A stretch of 64,000 bases of DNA from Chryseobacterium gleum (GTDB taxonomy: Bacteria; Bacteroidota; Bacteroidia; Flavobacteriales; Schleiferiaceae). The notes under the pieces are model-generated. The model did not search any database. It worked only from the letters and a program-made list of their open reading frames with translations, and had not been told where the DNA came from. The position numbers and the translations under genes were made by a program. Every line of letters starts with the position of its first letter. Within the stretch, counting starts at the first letter, position 1. Location of the stretch: assembly GCA_945883565.1 (NCBI GenBank), contig CAMCXO010000010.1:8019-72018 (forward strand), read 5' to 3'. This document shows, one piece after another, positions 1 to 10,595 of the stretch.

Positions 1-895
1 GGCATCGGCTGTAAGGTGTTCGGCATATTGATTGGCCAATTCGGCCACATCGGCACGTCCGGTACCAATTAAATAATCGGCCATTTTGGGGTCGTATCCA
101 AAGGTAGAGGTGGTGGCTCCAATTTCGGCTCCCATATTGCAAATGGTGCCTTTGCCGGTACAGCTCAGGCTTTGGGCGCCTTCGCCAAAATACTCAAGTA
201 TATAGCCTGTTCCGCCTTTCACGGTTAAAATGCCGGCCACTTTTAAAATAACGTCTTTGGCCGAAGCCCAGCCGCTTAGTTTTCCAGTAAGCTTAACGCC
301 AATTAGTTTGGGAAATTTAAGTTCCCAGGCCATGCCGGCCATTACATCTACCGCATCGGCCCCGCCTACGCCTATGGCCACCATGCCCAAGCCGCCTGCA
401 TTTACCGTATGGCTGTCGGTGCCAATCATCATGCCACCCGGAAACGCATAGTTTTCGAGAACAACCTGGTGAATAATGCCTGCTCCGGGCTCCCAAAAAC
501 CAATGCCGTATTTATTGGAAACACTTTGAAGGAAGTTAAAAACTTCGGAGCTTTTGTTTAGTGCATTCTGCAAATCGGCTTCGGCCCCGTGTTGCGCCTG
601 AATAAGGTGATCGCAATGCACGGTAGAGGGTACAGCTGCCTGGCTTCTGCCGGCCTGCATAAATTGTAAAAGAGCCATTTGGGCGGTGGCATCTTGCATG
701 GCCACGCGATCGGGGGCAAAATCTACATAGTCGTTGCCACGTTCAAAAGCTTGGGTTGGCGTGTCTTCCCAAAGGTGGGTATACAGAATTTTTTCTGTGA
801 GGGTGAGGGGGCGATTCAATATTTGGCGCGCAGCGTTCACCCTTTCCGGAAAGCGTGCATACACCTTTTGAATCATGTCGAAATCGAAAGCCATG
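1..895 (-). CDS. acnA: aconitate hydratase (mitochondrial-type aconitase A), N-terminal ~298 codons; the gene runs past the window start
   Basis: Minus-strand translation from the ATG at 895-893 reads [41 protein letters not shown]...[18 protein letters not shown]...[11 protein letters not shown]...[25 protein letters not shown]...[16 protein letters not shown], the conserved aconitase N-terminal domain. It is open to position 1, so the ORF track does not list it. Confidence 0.85.
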
Positions 896-1159
896 TTTTA
901 GAAGGGTTGGTTTAGTTCAGGCGCGAATTTAGCACCTGAAGGCCTGCTTTCCTAGAGCTTGCGGAAATTCGCTGAAATGAAACCATTCACAAAGAAGGTG
1001 CTCCAAATGACCATCCATATCTTTTATGAACTTGACTGAATGTACCTTTAAACTTAGCGCTGTATTAAGAAAAAATAAACATCATAGAATGGTTTGCTAA
1101 TTTGCTATCAAAAACCGCACCTTTGCCTAACCACTTATGGTGAGTGAAAAAATTCTTAC

Positions 1160-2596
1160 ATGAGCAAGTACTACAGCATTGCAGAAATATTCTCGAAATC
1201 GCCCATAGGCCACGATGTAGAGGTGAAGGGTTGGATTAGAACTTTTCGCAACGACCGTTTCATAAGCTTGAGCGATGGCAGTTGTGTGGCAACCCTACAG
1301 GCTGTTATAGAAGCCGGGCATTTTGCTGAAGAGGTAGTTAAAAAGCTAAATACAGGGGCGTGCATAAGCATTCAAGGCAGTGTTGAAAGCTCCCCGGCCA
1401 AGGGTCAGGCTTTAGAGGTGCATGTAAAAAGTTTGGAGATATTGGGAGAGGCTGAAGCCGATAAGTTTCCGCTTCAACCCAAAAAACACAGCCTCGAATA
1501 TTTGCGGGAAATGGCGCATTTGCGCCCGCGAACCCAAACCTTTGGAGCGGTTTTCCGCTTGCGTCACCATTTGGCTTTTGCCGTGCATAAGTTTTTCCAC
1601 GAGCGTGGTTTCTTCTATGTAAATACCCCAATTATTACGGCCTCTGATGCCGAAGGGGCGGGCGAGATGTTTTCGGTTAGCACGCTGCCGCTTAACAAGG
1701 TGCCCAAAACAGATGAGGGTTTGGTTGATTTTAAGCAAGATTTTTTTGAACGTCCTACCAATTTAACCGTTTCGGGTCAGCTCGAAGCCGAGCTGTTTGC
1801 CATGGGGCTATCGAAGGTGTATACTTTTGGTCCCACCTTTCGTGCCGAAAACTCAAACACATCGAGGCATTTGGCCGAATTCTGGATGATTGAGCCGGAG
1901 GTGGCCTTCAACGAATTGGACCAAAACATGGATTTGGCCGAAGAGTTTGTGAAATATGTAATTCAACAGGCGGTTCAGCATTGTGCCGACGAACTGGAAT
2001 TGCTCGAAAACAGACTTTTGGAAGAGGAAAAACAAAAGCCCGCAGACCAGCGATCGCCCATGCCTTTGCGCGAAAAATTGCAGTTTGTTCTCAACAATCC
2101 TTTCATACGGTTGAGCTATACGGAGGCCATCGACATTTTGCGCGAAAGCAAACCGAATAAAAAGAAAAAGTTTAAATACCTCATTGAAGATTGGGGAGCC
2201 GATTTGCAATCGGAACATGAGCGCTATTTGGTTGAACAACATTTTAATTGTCCGGTTATTCTTTTCGATTATCCGGCCAACATCAAGGCGTTTTATATGC
2301 GCCAAAACAGCGACGGAAAAACCGTAAGGGCCATGGATGTGTTGTTTCCCGGAATTGGTGAAATTATTGGCGGTAGCCAAAGGGAAGAGCGTTTGGATGT
2401 TTTGAAAGCCAAAATGGCAGCCTTTAACATTTCGGAAGAAGAACTTTGGTGGTACCTCGATACGCGGCGCTTTGGAAGTTGTAAGCACAGTGGCTTTGGC
2501 CTGGGCTTTGAACGCTTGGTTCTGTTTGTAAGTGGTATGACCAACATCAGAGATGTGATTCCATTCCCCAGAACGCCCGGAAACGCCGAATTTTAA
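1160..2596 (+). CDS. asnS: asparagine--tRNA ligase
   Basis: 478 aa. N-terminal OB anticodon-binding domain; class II motifs FRAENSNTSRHLAEFWMIEPE, GSQREER and GFGLGFERLV; Bacteroidetes-type insertion. Confidence 0.93.
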   Translation: MSKYYSIAEIFSKSPIGHDVEVKGWIRTFRNDRFISLSDGSCVATLQAVIEAGHFAEEVVKKLNTGACISIQGSVESSPAKGQALEVHVKSLEILGEAEADKFPLQPKKHSLEYLREMAHLRPRTQTFGAVFRLRHHLAFAVHKFFHERGFFYVNTPIITASDAEGAGEMFSVSTLPLNKVPKTDEGLVDFKQDFFERPTNLTVSGQLEAELFAMGLSKVYTFGPTFRAENSNTSRHLAEFWMIEPEVAFNELDQNMDLAEEFVKYVIQQAVQHCADELELLENRLLEEEKQKPADQRSPMPLREKLQFVLNNPFIRLSYTEAIDILRESKPNKKKKFKYLIEDWGADLQSEHERYLVEQHFNCPVILFDYPANIKAFYMRQNSDGKTVRAMDVLFPGIGEIIGGSQREERLDVLKAKMAAFNISEEELWWYLDTRRFGSCKHSGFGLGFERLVLFVSGMTNIRDVIPFPRTPGNAEF

Positions 2597-2602
2597 GAGC
2601 TC

Positions 2603-4057
2603 ATGCTAAAACAGAGGCTAAGTCAGAAGCTTTCGCAGAAACTGAGTCCTCAGCAAATTCAGCTGATGAAGCTCATACAATTGCCTATTCAGGCGTTGGA
2701 AGAGCGTATTCAGGAAGAATTGGAAGAAAACCCGGCCCTGGAAGAGGGAGACAACGTGGTAGATGACGAGGTGCATTTGGAGATGGATGCAGGCGAAGAC
2801 GATAGCCAAAAAATTGATGCCGACGACATCGACATCGATGCCTATTTGAGCGACGATGAAATTCCGGAGTATCGACTGCAGGCCAATAACTACAGCGCCG
2901 ACGATGAAGAACCAAGGATGCAATCGGCAGGGGTATCGGATTTTTACGAGCAGCTTCGCGAGCAATTGAGTTTGGTGGGAATAGAAGAATCGATAAAAAA
3001 TCTGGCGGTTTACTTAATTGGTTGCATAGAAGACGATGGATATATTCGCAGGCCTTTGGATCGCATTTTAGACGATTTGGCCTTTAGCGAAAACATTTTT
3101 GTTGAATTATCGGATCTTGAAAAAGCGCTGACTGCGGTTCAAAGTTTAGAACCTGCCGGTATTGGGGCCCGGGATTTAAAAGAGTGTTTGCTTTTGCAGC
3201 TGGAACGCAAACGCCCAACGGCCTACACTTCTATGGCCATCGAAATTTTAGAAAGCCATTTTGAGGAATTTACCAACAAGCGCTACAACCGCATTTTGCA
3301 ACGCCTCGAAATTGATGAAGAAAACCTAAAACTGGTTATCCGCGAAATCACCCAGCTAAATCCAAAACCCGGCAACAGCATGGCGCAGGGTGGAAACACC
3401 ATTGGCCAGGCCTTAACCCCCGATTTTTCTATTCAAATTCGCGATGGAGATTTGGAACTCCAGCTTAATGGACGAAATTTACCTGAGTTAAATGTGAGCC
3501 GCGAATACCGCGATATGCTTCAAACCTATAAAGAACAGCGAAACCCAAACAAACAAACCAAAGAGGCGGTGTTGTTTGTGAAACAAAAAATAGATTCCGC
3601 CAAATGGTTTGTAGATGCTGTTCGTCAGCGGCAGCAAACCATGATGCTGGTAATGGGCGCCATTATGGAAAAGCAAGAGGCGTATTTTTTATCGGGCGAT
3701 GAGCGCGATCTAAAACCCATGATTCTAAAAGACATCGCCGAAATGACCGGAATGGACATCAGCACCATTTCGAGGGTGGCCAGCAATAAGTATGTTCAAA
3801 CGCCCTATGGAACATTTTTAATAAAGACGTTGTTCTCGGAGTCAATGACCAATGACCAAGGGGAGGAGGTAAGTACCCGCGAAATCAAGAAAATATTGGA
3901 AGAGTTGATAGCCCAGGAAGACAAACGCCAGCCTCTGGCCGATGAATTATTGGCCATTGCCCTCAAGGAACATGGCTATCCAATTGCCCGTAGAACCATA
4001 GCCAAGTACCGAGAGCAACTAAACATACCAACGGCGCGTTTGCGTAAAGAGCTGTAA
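2603..4057 (+). CDS. rpoN: RNA polymerase sigma-54 factor
   Basis: 484 aa. Acidic/Gln-rich N-terminus, core-binding region, and C-terminal RpoN box ARRTIAKYREQLNIP. Confidence 0.93.
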   Translation: MLKQRLSQKLSQKLSPQQIQLMKLIQLPIQALEERIQEELEENPALEEGDNVVDDEVHLEMDAGEDDSQKIDADDIDIDAYLSDDEIPEYRLQANNYSADDEEPRMQSAGVSDFYEQLREQLSLVGIEESIKNLAVYLIGCIEDDGYIRRPLDRILDDLAFSENIFVELSDLEKALTAVQSLEPAGIGARDLKECLLLQLERKRPTAYTSMAIEILESHFEEFTNKRYNRILQRLEIDEENLKLVIREITQLNPKPGNSMAQGGNTIGQALTPDFSIQIRDGDLELQLNGRNLPELNVSREYRDMLQTYKEQRNPNKQTKEAVLFVKQKIDSAKWFVDAVRQRQQTMMLVMGAIMEKQEAYFLSGDERDLKPMILKDIAEMTGMDISTISRVASNKYVQTPYGTFLIKTLFSESMTNDQGEEVSTREIKKILEELIAQEDKRQPLADELLAIALKEHGYPIARRTIAKYREQLNIPTARLRKEL

Positions 4058-4665
4058 TGCCTAACCTTTTAGCCCGATTTCTCTCTTATCTTTTTCATCC
4101 TGCTTTAATGCCATTGGCAGGTTTTGGATTGTTAATGTATTTGCATCCTTACCCCATAGAAAGCGGGGTTTTGGTTTATACCCTTAGTTTTTTGGTTTTA
4201 GGTACCTATATAATGCCGGGCTTTATATCGGTTTTGTTTGTAAAAATGGGACTTATAGACAGTTTGCACATGCGCGATGCCGAATCGAGGCGTTGGCCTT
4301 TTTTGGTGGCTGTGGTGTTTTATGTGTTTACAGCCTTGTATTTAAAAGTATTCCCAATTCCGCAAGAAACCCCTCGTTATTTACTGGGTGCCGCAGCAGG
4401 TATTGGAACCCTCATCATTTTATTGCCTATTTTAAAAGCCAGTGCCCATATGGCCGGGATTGGGGGCTTTTTGGCATTGGTATATTACCTCGGAGAAGCC
4501 TATCAAGTGGATTTGTACACCGTGTTTCTGGCCGCTGTGCTTTGCAGTGGTGTGGTGGCATCCGCCCGCTTGGCTTTGGGAGCCCATGATATGAACGAGT
4601 TGATTATTGGCTTTTTGTGCGGTTTTTCAGGGGTGTTAAGCGTTATGATGTGGTTTCAGTTTTAA
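4057..4665 (+). CDS. polytopic membrane protein, possibly PAP2-like (hypothetical)
   Basis: 202 aa with about 6 predicted TM helices. Weak PAP2-like motifs (SAH; ARx5Hx3E). Start codon overlaps the rpoN stop (TAATG). Confidence 0.5.
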   Translation: MPNLLARFLSYLFHPALMPLAGFGLLMYLHPYPIESGVLVYTLSFLVLGTYIMPGFISVLFVKMGLIDSLHMRDAESRRWPFLVAVVFYVFTALYLKVFPIPQETPRYLLGAAAGIGTLIILLPILKASAHMAGIGGFLALVYYLGEAYQVDLYTVFLAAVLCSGVVASARLALGAHDMNELIIGFLCGFSGVLSVMMWFQF

Positions 4666-4753
4666 GCAAATGAATTGGAACGATGATTGCATAATGGAAT
4701 CAAAACAATTCGCATCTTTGAAATGCGATCTTTAAAAGCATCAAGCAAACAAA

Positions 4754-5311
4754 ATGAAACAGAAAACAGCAACTTTAAGCATTTGGATTTTAGCCATTGC
4801 CTTGATGGCGGTGTATGGTTTTAAAAGCCGTGAAGGTTTTAAATCCAATAAAGAAAATCAGGTAGCGGTTTTAAACGTAGGCGACAAAGCCCCTGAGTTG
4901 GCTTTTCAAGATCCAAGCGGAAAAATTAGAAAGCTCAGCGAATTAAGAGGCAAAGTGGTCCTTATTGATTTTTGGGCTTCTTGGTGCAGGCCTTGTCGCG
5001 ACGAAAACCCGAATGTGGTGCGTACCTACAACAAATACAAAAGCACGGCCTTTAAAAATGGAAAGGGGTTCGAAGTGTTTTCCGTAAGCCTCGACCAACG
5101 CAAAGAGCCTTGGGTGAAAGCCATAGAAACAGATGGTTTGGTTTGGCCGAGCCATGTGAGCGATTTAAAGTTTTGGAACAGCGAAGGGGCCCGTCTGTAC
5201 AACGTAAACAGCATTCCGGCTACTTTTTTAATTGATGGCGAGGGTGTAATCATTGCCAAAAATTTAAGAGGTGCAGCCTTAGAGGGCACTTTAGAAAAAT
5301 TGGCCAAGTAA
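4754..5311 (+). CDS. TlpA/AhpC-TSA family thiol-disulfide oxidoreductase (thioredoxin fold)
   Basis: 185 aa. N-terminal signal/anchor; FWASWCRPCRDENP CxxC active site; thioredoxin-like fold. Confidence 0.85.
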   Translation: MKQKTATLSIWILAIALMAVYGFKSREGFKSNKENQVAVLNVGDKAPELAFQDPSGKIRKLSELRGKVVLIDFWASWCRPCRDENPNVVRTYNKYKSTAFKNGKGFEVFSVSLDQRKEPWVKAIETDGLVWPSHVSDLKFWNSEGARLYNVNSIPATFLIDGEGVIIAKNLRGAALEGTLEKLAK

Positions 5312-5324
5312 TTAGCCTGAAGCC

Positions 5325-5774
5325 ATGGGGCCCGAAGATTATTTGGCGGCTTTAGATGAAAGTAGGCGCACGCCTATGAGCAAGCTGCGCAAAACCATTT
5401 TGGAAAATTTACCCAAAGGTTTTGTTGAAACCATAAACTATGGCATGATAGGTTATGTGGTTCCGCACGAACTTTATCCGGCCGGGTATCATTGCGATCC
5501 CAAATTGCCATTGCCTTTTGTTTCTATTGCTTCACAAAAAAGCCATATGGCCTTTTACCACAGTGGGATTTATGCCGATGAACAATTGCATAATTGGTTC
5601 GTGGAGTCTTATGTTTCGGCAATAGGCAAAAAACCCGATATGGGGAAGAGCTGTGTGCGGTTTAAAAAAGCCGAACACATTCCTTTCGAACTGATTGGGC
5701 AGTTGATGCAGAAAATCACCCCTCAGGATTGGATAAACCAATACGAGTCTGCCCTCAAACCTAAAGGCCGTTGA
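5325..5774 (+). CDS. DUF1801 (YdhG-like) domain protein
   Basis: 149 aa. MGPEDYLAALDESRR...LRKTILENLPKG...MIGY pattern typical of DUF1801. Followed by a terminator hairpin. Confidence 0.55.
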   Translation: MGPEDYLAALDESRRTPMSKLRKTILENLPKGFVETINYGMIGYVVPHELYPAGYHCDPKLPLPFVSIASQKSHMAFYHSGIYADEQLHNWFVESYVSAIGKKPDMGKSCVRFKKAEHIPFELIGQLMQKITPQDWINQYESALKPKGR

Positions 5775-5782
5775 TGTGAAAG

Positions 5783-5818
5783 TCCGTCGATTAGAAACAG
5801 TTGACGGATTTTTTTTGA
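5783..5818 (+). terminator. rho-independent terminator downstream of the DUF1801 gene
   Basis: TCCGTCga...ttGACGGA stem followed by T8. Confidence 0.55.
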
Positions 5819-5865
5819 ATGGATATTTGAAAAACCTTTTAAATATCTGAATTCGATATCCGGAT

Positions 5866-6642
5866 TTACAACAGGTTTTTAGACCTTAAAAAATTCTCTA
5901 CCGATTGATATAAGGCATCGGGTTGCTCAGCATGAACCCAATGGCCTGCTTGATTAATAGAGTCGAGTTGCATAAAAGGAAAATGTCGATGGGCCACCGG
6001 CAAATCCTCATCGGTTAAATAGCCCGATTTGGAACCCCTAATAAACAGCGTTGGACCTTCGAAAAGGGCATCGGCATTTAATGGCTTGCCAACTTCTTCT
6101 ATTTGGTTTGCAATGGTTTGAAGGTTAAAGCGCCAATCAAATCCCGAGTCAGTTCTGTAAAGGCTTTTCAATAAGAATTGCCTAATGCCCCATTCTGAAA
6201 TATGTGGCGCCAAAGATAATTCGGCTTCTTGACGGCTTTGGATGGCATTCAAAGGAACAGACAATAGGGCGTTTATAATGCTTCGGTGATGAACAGGATA
6301 GGCGTGTGGGCCTATGTCTATTACCACCAAAGCCGACAATTTATTGGCGTGTTGAACAGCCAGCTCCATGGCCGTTTTCCCGCCCATGCTGTGGCCCAAA
6401 ACCACCACATCGCGAAACAGGTTTCTGTCATCCAGATATTCTGCTACGTCATTGGCCATGGCCTCGTAGTTCCAAACCGTACTATGTGGAGACCTTCCGT
6501 GGTTGCGAAGGTCCAAGGTGTGAACTTCAAAATGCTTGGCCCAGCGCTTGCTCAATGCGGCCCAATTATCGCCCAATCCAAACAAGCCATGCAGAATAAC
6601 CAAAGGCTTACCACTGCCTTCTATTCTTGAAAACAATTTCAT
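5866..6642 (-). CDS. alpha/beta hydrolase fold protein
   Basis: 258 aa. HGLFG oxyanion region and GHSMGG nucleophile elbow; C-terminal His. Confidence 0.85.
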   Translation of the reverse strand: MKLFSRIEGSGKPLVILHGLFGLGDNWAALSKRWAKHFEVHTLDLRNHGRSPHSTVWNYEAMANDVAEYLDDRNLFRDVVVLGHSMGGKTAMELAVQHANKLSALVVIDIGPHAYPVHHRSIINALLSVPLNAIQSRQEAELSLAPHISEWGIRQFLLKSLYRTDSGFDWRFNLQTIANQIEEVGKPLNADALFEGPTLFIRGSKSGYLTDEDLPVAHRHFPFMQLDSINQAGHWVHAEQPDALYQSVENFLRSKNLL

Positions 6643-7376
6643 AGGGCGGAATGATGAGAAGCCAGTTCTAATTGTCGCAAATACATCCTCACCGTATTTT
6701 CCAAACCAAAGTAAAGCGCATCTGCAATAAGCGCATGCCCAATGCTCACTTCCAGCAAGCCCTCTAAATTTTGAGCAAAAAAACGAAGGTTGTCGAGATT
6801 TAAATCGTGCCCGGCATTAACCCCCAAGCCCAATTCTAAAGCATGTCTGGAAGCTACTTTATAGGGGTAAACCGCTTCGTTTGGGTTTAAAGAAAAGCCG
6901 GAAGCATAGGCTTCGGTATACAGCTCTATTCGGTTTGTGCCACATTTTTTGGCGGCATCCACCTGCTTTAATTCAGGGTCTAAAAACAAACTAACCCGCA
7001 TGCCTCCGGATTGAAGCCTGCCAATGGTATCAATTAAAAAAGCCTGGTTTTCTATGGCGTTCCAACCCGCATTAGAAGTTAGCACATGAGGTGGATCGGG
7101 CACCAGGGTAACTTGATCGGGTTTGATGTCTTCTACCAATTTCAAAAACCCTTCGTCGGGATAGCCTTCTATGTTGAATTCGGTTTTAACCACCTTTTTC
7201 AATTCGTAAACATCAGAATATCGAATGTGGCGTTGGTCGGGTCGGGGATGAACCGTTATACCTTGCGCCCCATACAACTCGATGTTTTGGGCAGCCAATA
7301 TTGGGTCGGGAATTTGCCCCCCTCTGGCGTTGCGCAGAGTGGCAATTTTGTTGATGTTAACGCTGAGTTTTACCAA
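6639..7376 (-). CDS. pdxJ: pyridoxine 5'-phosphate synthase
   Basis: 245 aa. [17 protein letters not shown]...[13 protein letters not shown]...GVNAGHDL motifs of PdxJ. 4-nt overlap with the downstream hydrolase gene. Confidence 0.9.
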   Translation of the reverse strand: MVKLSVNINKIATLRNARGGQIPDPILAAQNIELYGAQGITVHPRPDQRHIRYSDVYELKKVVKTEFNIEGYPDEGFLKLVEDIKPDQVTLVPDPPHVLTSNAGWNAIENQAFLIDTIGRLQSGGMRVSLFLDPELKQVDAAKKCGTNRIELYTEAYASGFSLNPNEAVYPYKVASRHALELGLGVNAGHDLNLDNLRFFAQNLEGLLEVSIGHALIADALYFGLENTVRMYLRQLELASHHSAL

Positions 7377-7414
7377 GGTGTTGCGAAGATAATTCTGTTA
7401 AGTTTGTTGCCAGC

Positions 7415-8077
7415 ATGATTGTAGAACGATTCATAGAAAGAGAGCATCTTCCATTGCAATGGACCGATAAAGTAGGATTTGCTTTGGGAAGCATGGATGC
7501 CGCGCATTTGGCCCACCTGCCAGTTTTAGATGGCGATATTTTTCTGGGGCTCATCTCTGAAGAGCAGTTGCACGATGTTGACGATGAAAACATAAAGTTA
7601 TGCGATGCGCGAATTTTACCGTTGAGGTATTTTGTTTCAAAGGAACGCAGCGTTTTTGAACTTTTGAAGATGTTTCATTTGGGGCAACTAACTGCTATTC
7701 CCGTTTTAGAAAACAACGGCTTGTATGCCGGATATGTTTCGGCGACAAATGTAGTTTGGAAAATTTCGGAAATGCTTTCGGCCAATAAACCCGGAGGCGT
7801 TATCATTTTAGAAATGGCAACAGAAGATTATCACCTTTCCGAAATTGCACAAATTTTAGAATCGAATGATTTAAAAGCCTGGAGCATCATTACCGAAAAC
7901 AAACCGGATAGCACACTTCTGGAAGTGGCTGTTAAGTTAGATAAGCGCGATTTAAGCCGAGCCATTCAAACGTTTAGTAGATACGAATACACCCTTCTGA
8001 GTGCTGAATACGAAGATGTACACGATTTAAAACTAAACGATAGGTACGACTTGCTGATGCGCCTACTCGATATATAA
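7415..8077 (+). CDS. CBS domain pair protein
   Basis: 220 aa. Two CBS-like segments. Sits between pdxJ and nadK as in many Bacteroidota. Confidence 0.7.
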   Translation: MIVERFIEREHLPLQWTDKVGFALGSMDAAHLAHLPVLDGDIFLGLISEEQLHDVDDENIKLCDARILPLRYFVSKERSVFELLKMFHLGQLTAIPVLENNGLYAGYVSATNVVWKISEMLSANKPGGVIILEMATEDYHLSEIAQILESNDLKAWSIITENKPDSTLLEVAVKLDKRDLSRAIQTFSRYEYTLLSAEYEDVHDLKLNDRYDLLMRLLDI

Positions 8078-8080
8078 AAG

Positions 8081-8962
8081 ATGAGAATCGCCATTTTTGC
8101 CAAAGCCCTCCCCGAAGAGGCCAAGGTGCATGTAGAGAATTTACTTAGACTGCTTTATTCTGAACAAATAGAGCCTGTTCTATATGAAGAAGTTTATAAG
8201 TTCATGCAGCACTTACCCGAGCTTAAAAAATGTTTACACTTCAACAAACCTCTTGAGCTCATTGAAATGTTGCCCGGCTTACTTATTACACTAGGTGGAG
8301 ATGGCACCATTTTGGAAGCCGCAACCTGGGTGCGCGATTCCAGAATTCCGGTTCTGGGTATTAATTTAGGTCGATTGGGCTTTTTGGCTGATGTGGCCAA
8401 GTCGGATATAAAAAGCAGTTTGAGGCAATTTTTTGATGGCAATTACAGGATTATTGAGAGAAGCTTATTGGCGATAGAAACCGATGTAGACTTAAAAATA
8501 GATTTTCCTTATGCCCTTAACGAAATAACGGCAAGTAGGAAAGACTCCACGGCCATGGTAACGGTTTATGCCTATATAAACGGTATTTTTTTAAACGCCT
8601 ATTGGGCCGATGGATTGATTGTTTCTACACCAACAGGAAGCACCGGATATTCGCTGAGTTGCGGAGGGCCCATCATTATGCCCGAAGCTCAGAATTTTGT
8701 GTTAACACCTATAGCCCCTCACAATCTAAATGTGAGGCCTTTCGTTATACCCGACGATAAGCCCATTTTGTTAAAGGTGGAAAGCCGCGAAAAACGCTTC
8801 TTGGTTTCTTTGGATTCGCGAATTTACAATGCACCTAAAGGCTGTCAAATTAGTTTGAGAAAAGCCCATTTTGCCTTGCATTCTGTTCAATTAGACCAAC
8901 AGCCATTTGCCAGCACTTTACGAAACAAACTTTATTGGGGTTTAGACCGAAGAAATGTTTAA
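8081..8962 (+). CDS. nadK: NAD(+) kinase
   Basis: 293 aa. GGDGTILEAA, NEITASR and TPTGSTGYSLSCGGPI motifs. Confidence 0.9.
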   Translation: MRIAIFAKALPEEAKVHVENLLRLLYSEQIEPVLYEEVYKFMQHLPELKKCLHFNKPLELIEMLPGLLITLGGDGTILEAATWVRDSRIPVLGINLGRLGFLADVAKSDIKSSLRQFFDGNYRIIERSLLAIETDVDLKIDFPYALNEITASRKDSTAMVTVYAYINGIFLNAYWADGLIVSTPTGSTGYSLSCGGPIIMPEAQNFVLTPIAPHNLNVRPFVIPDDKPILLKVESREKRFLVSLDSRIYNAPKGCQISLRKAHFALHSVQLDQQPFASTLRNKLYWGLDRRNV

Positions 8963-9027
8963 CCCTAAATAAAAGACTTGAACAATTATATTTGCGCACT
9001 TTGCCGAAAACCTTAGAAATCCTTCCA

Positions 9028-9849
9028 TTGAACATTAAAGCGGCTTGGCTTTTAGTCGGCGTCGTTCTATCGTTTTTTGGCCATGCCCAAAACGCGGAAA
9101 TTGGCTTGAGCGGTGGCGGCAGCAATTTTGTGGGAGATGTAGGCCATTATGGCATTCATGCGCCTACTGGTTATTATTATGGAGGATTTTTTAGGTATAC
9201 TTTCCAACAATACTATGCTTTGAGGGTAGGTGGCCATGCTGGGGTATTAGAAAACAGAGACGAATGGAGCCAAATTGAGGAAAGGAAAAGACGAAATTTG
9301 AGTTTTAGAAGCGATATCTGGGATGCCTATGCAGTGGTAGAATTCAATTTCTTCGAGTTCAATCCGCGTTCGAAAGAACACAATAAAACCTTCTTTATTT
9401 TTGGTGGCATTGGCATTATGGGTTACAACCCTAAGGCTTTTTACGAAGACGAGTGGGTTGATTTAAGGCCACTTGGAACCGAAGGGCAGGGCACACCCTT
9501 AAGCCAAGAGGCGGTTTACAGCAAGGTAGATCTTATGATGCCTTTTGGTATGGGTTTTAAATGGGCTTTTAACGAACATTGGCAAATTAGCTTAGACTTT
9601 ACCGCCCATTCTACCGCCACCGATTATTTAGACGATGCAAGTGGTAAATATGTTAATGCCCAGGATTTGTCCTTATACAATGGTGAGTTGGCCGGTATTC
9701 TATCAGACAGGTCGGGAACAGACCTGGATAAAAGCCAATACTACAGAGGCAACCCTGATAATAACGATTGGTATTTCTACAGCGGATTGAGCCTTATTTG
9801 GCGTTTCACCAGCAACTATGAAAAGTGCGATAAATTTTGGGGTCGGTAA
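9028..9849 (+). CDS. DUF6089-like outer-membrane beta-barrel protein
   Basis: ORF track gives 8935..9849. A TTG at 9028 yields a clean signal peptide MNIKAAWLLVGVVLSFFGHAQ. The protein is Gly/Tyr-rich with beta-barrel-like alternation. It holds the conserved position upstream of uppS-bamA. Confidence 0.55.
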   Translation: MNIKAAWLLVGVVLSFFGHAQNAEIGLSGGGSNFVGDVGHYGIHAPTGYYYGGFFRYTFQQYYALRVGGHAGVLENRDEWSQIEERKRRNLSFRSDIWDAYAVVEFNFFEFNPRSKEHNKTFFIFGGIGIMGYNPKAFYEDEWVDLRPLGTEGQGTPLSQEAVYSKVDLMMPFGMGFKWAFNEHWQISLDFTAHSTATDYLDDASGKYVNAQDLSLYNGELAGILSDRSGTDLDKSQYYRGNPDNNDWYFYSGLSLIWRFTSNYEKCDKFWGR

Positions 9850-10588
9850 CATGGATGGTGAATTGGATTTGTCTCGTATCCCCACCCATATTGCTGTTAT
9901 AATGGATGGCAATGGCCGTTGGGCCAAAAACAGGGGCTTTTTGAGAAGCCTCGGACACGAAAATGGGGTGGAAGCTTTGCGAAGAACGGCCACCAGGTCG
10001 GCCGAATTGGGGGTGAAGTTTTTAACCGTTTATGCCTTTTCAACAGAAAACTGGAACAGGCCTAAAGCTGAAGTGGATGCACTAATGGGCATCTTAGTTA
10101 GTGCTCTGCGAAAAGAACTAGACACTTTGCAGAATAACAATATAAAACTAGAGGCCATTGGCGACTTAAAAAGCCTTCCGGGAAAATGCTTGAGAGAATT
10201 GGAAGAGGTGAGACAAGCCACCGCAAATAACCAAAGTATGACCTTGACGCTTGCCTTGAGTTACAGCTCTAAATCGGAAATGGTGGAGGCAACAAAATCC
10301 ATAGCACAGGCTTACAAAGAGGGGAGAATAGAATTGAACGATATAAACGACACACTTATATCCAACCATTTGTACACCTCGAGTATGCCCGACCCTGATT
10401 TGCTTATCAGAACCAGTGGAGAATATCGAATAAGCAATTATTTACTTTGGCAAATAGCATATTCGGAACTGTATTTTTGCCCGAAATTGTGGCCCGATTT
10501 TCGAGAAGACGATTTGAACGAGGCCATAGCAGAATATCAAAGACGTGAACGTCGTTATGGCAAAACGAGTGAACAGTTAAAAAGCTAA
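9818..10588 (+). CDS. uppS: isoprenyl transferase (undecaprenyl diphosphate synthase)
   Basis: HIAVIMDGNGRWA, ENW and RTSGE...SNYLLWQ motifs. Alternative start ATG at 9851 (MDGELDL...) would avoid the 32-nt overlap. Confidence 0.9.
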   Translation: MKSAINFGVGNMDGELDLSRIPTHIAVIMDGNGRWAKNRGFLRSLGHENGVEALRRTATRSAELGVKFLTVYAFSTENWNRPKAEVDALMGILVSALRKELDTLQNNNIKLEAIGDLKSLPGKCLRELEEVRQATANNQSMTLTLALSYSSKSEMVEATKSIAQAYKEGRIELNDINDTLISNHLYTSSMPDPDLLIRTSGEYRISNYLLWQIAYSELYFCPKLWPDFREDDLNEAIAEYQRRERRYGKTSEQLKS

Positions 10589-10595
10589 TATTATT

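Noticed and set aside
230-915. Plus-strand ORFs 230..451 and 679..915
   Set aside because: They lie antisense within the clearly conserved aconitase reading frame on the minus strand.
1171-2547. Minus-strand ORFs nested inside asnS (1171..1371, 1338..1631, 1412..1738, 1853..2488, 2293..2547). Similar antisense or alternate-frame ORFs sit inside rpoN, bamA, ychF, secDF, htpG, the T9SS genes and others.
   Set aside because: They are shadow ORFs opposite or out of frame with strongly motif-supported genes. They have no independent motifs or start context.
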